Assembly (NCBI RefSeq): GCF_964213995.1
Contig: NW_027590205.1
Coordinates: 62,001-126,000 of the forward strand
Origin: Mustelus asterias
Taxonomy: Eukaryota
Reading direction: 5' to 3'
DNA: 64,000 bases
Shown here: piece after piece, positions 63,635-64,000 of the stretch
Layout of the letters: the number at the start of each line of letters is the position of its first letter
Numbering within the stretch: the stretch's first letter is position 1
Notes under the pieces: generated by a model
The model's database searches: none
Seen by the model: the letters and a program-made list of their open reading frames with translations, nothing else
Told to the model about the DNA's origin: nothing
Translations under genes and position numbers: made by a program

Positions 63635-63836
63635 ATAAGACATTTGAAAACGTCAGTTTGGATCTGGTTGGAACATAAGTAATTGACCTTTCCTTAAAGG
63701 TTCTCAAGGGCTCACCCTCATGTGAACTTTGTATATTCCCCTGCCTCCGAATTAATGAGTATGCTTCATCATTACTAAAGGACATCTGCAAACTTCACTC
63801 CAATGGAAGGTCTATGTCTGTGCCCTTTATACTATA

Positions 63837-63886
63837 CATTATGACTATACTGTGAAGCTGCGGCACCCAGTTGACAGTTGTGCCAA
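63837..63886 (+). pseudogene. TCR pseudo-J 9 with internal deletion
   Basis: DYTVKL then a frameshift to GTQLTVVP (FGx missing); GGTCTATGT, 12 nt, TACTATA; donor GTGAGT. Confidence 0.65.
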
Positions 63887-64000
63887 GTGAGTACGATTGG
63901 AAGTTACTCTCATTCTGTTTCATGTCGATTATTTTTTCGCTATATTGTGTCTGACAAATAGCAACCAGGGCAACGATACAAAGTATTACATGAAATACAA

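Overview
Eukaryotic genomic DNA, almost certainly from a shark or other cartilaginous fish, judged from HE1-type SINEs, abundant CR1, and NAR-type and IgH-like V segments. The first ~32 kb is mostly transposon debris: a young 5'-truncated CR1, a 52-bp minisatellite, an assembly gap, a CpG-rich promoter-like island and a near full-length Tx1 retrotransposon. From 32 kb onward the + strand carries a compact T-cell-receptor delta/alpha-type locus. In order it contains: a NAR-TCR V and J cassette with no recognisable D; a leaderless supporting TCR-delta V followed by a six-copy tandem array of its 23-bp RSS; a cysteine-rich TCR alpha/delta-type V; a pseudogene and an intact IgH-like V (TAILV-type); one 12/23 D segment; and at least nine J segments, about half of them defective. 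No constant exon is visible before the window ends. The most unusual observations are the RSS minisatellite, the D-less (possibly germline V-D joined) NAR-TCR cassette, the D followed by a long J array with no intervening C, and a ~135-bp inverted repeat bracketing D-J1. All calls were made by eye; no database searches were run.
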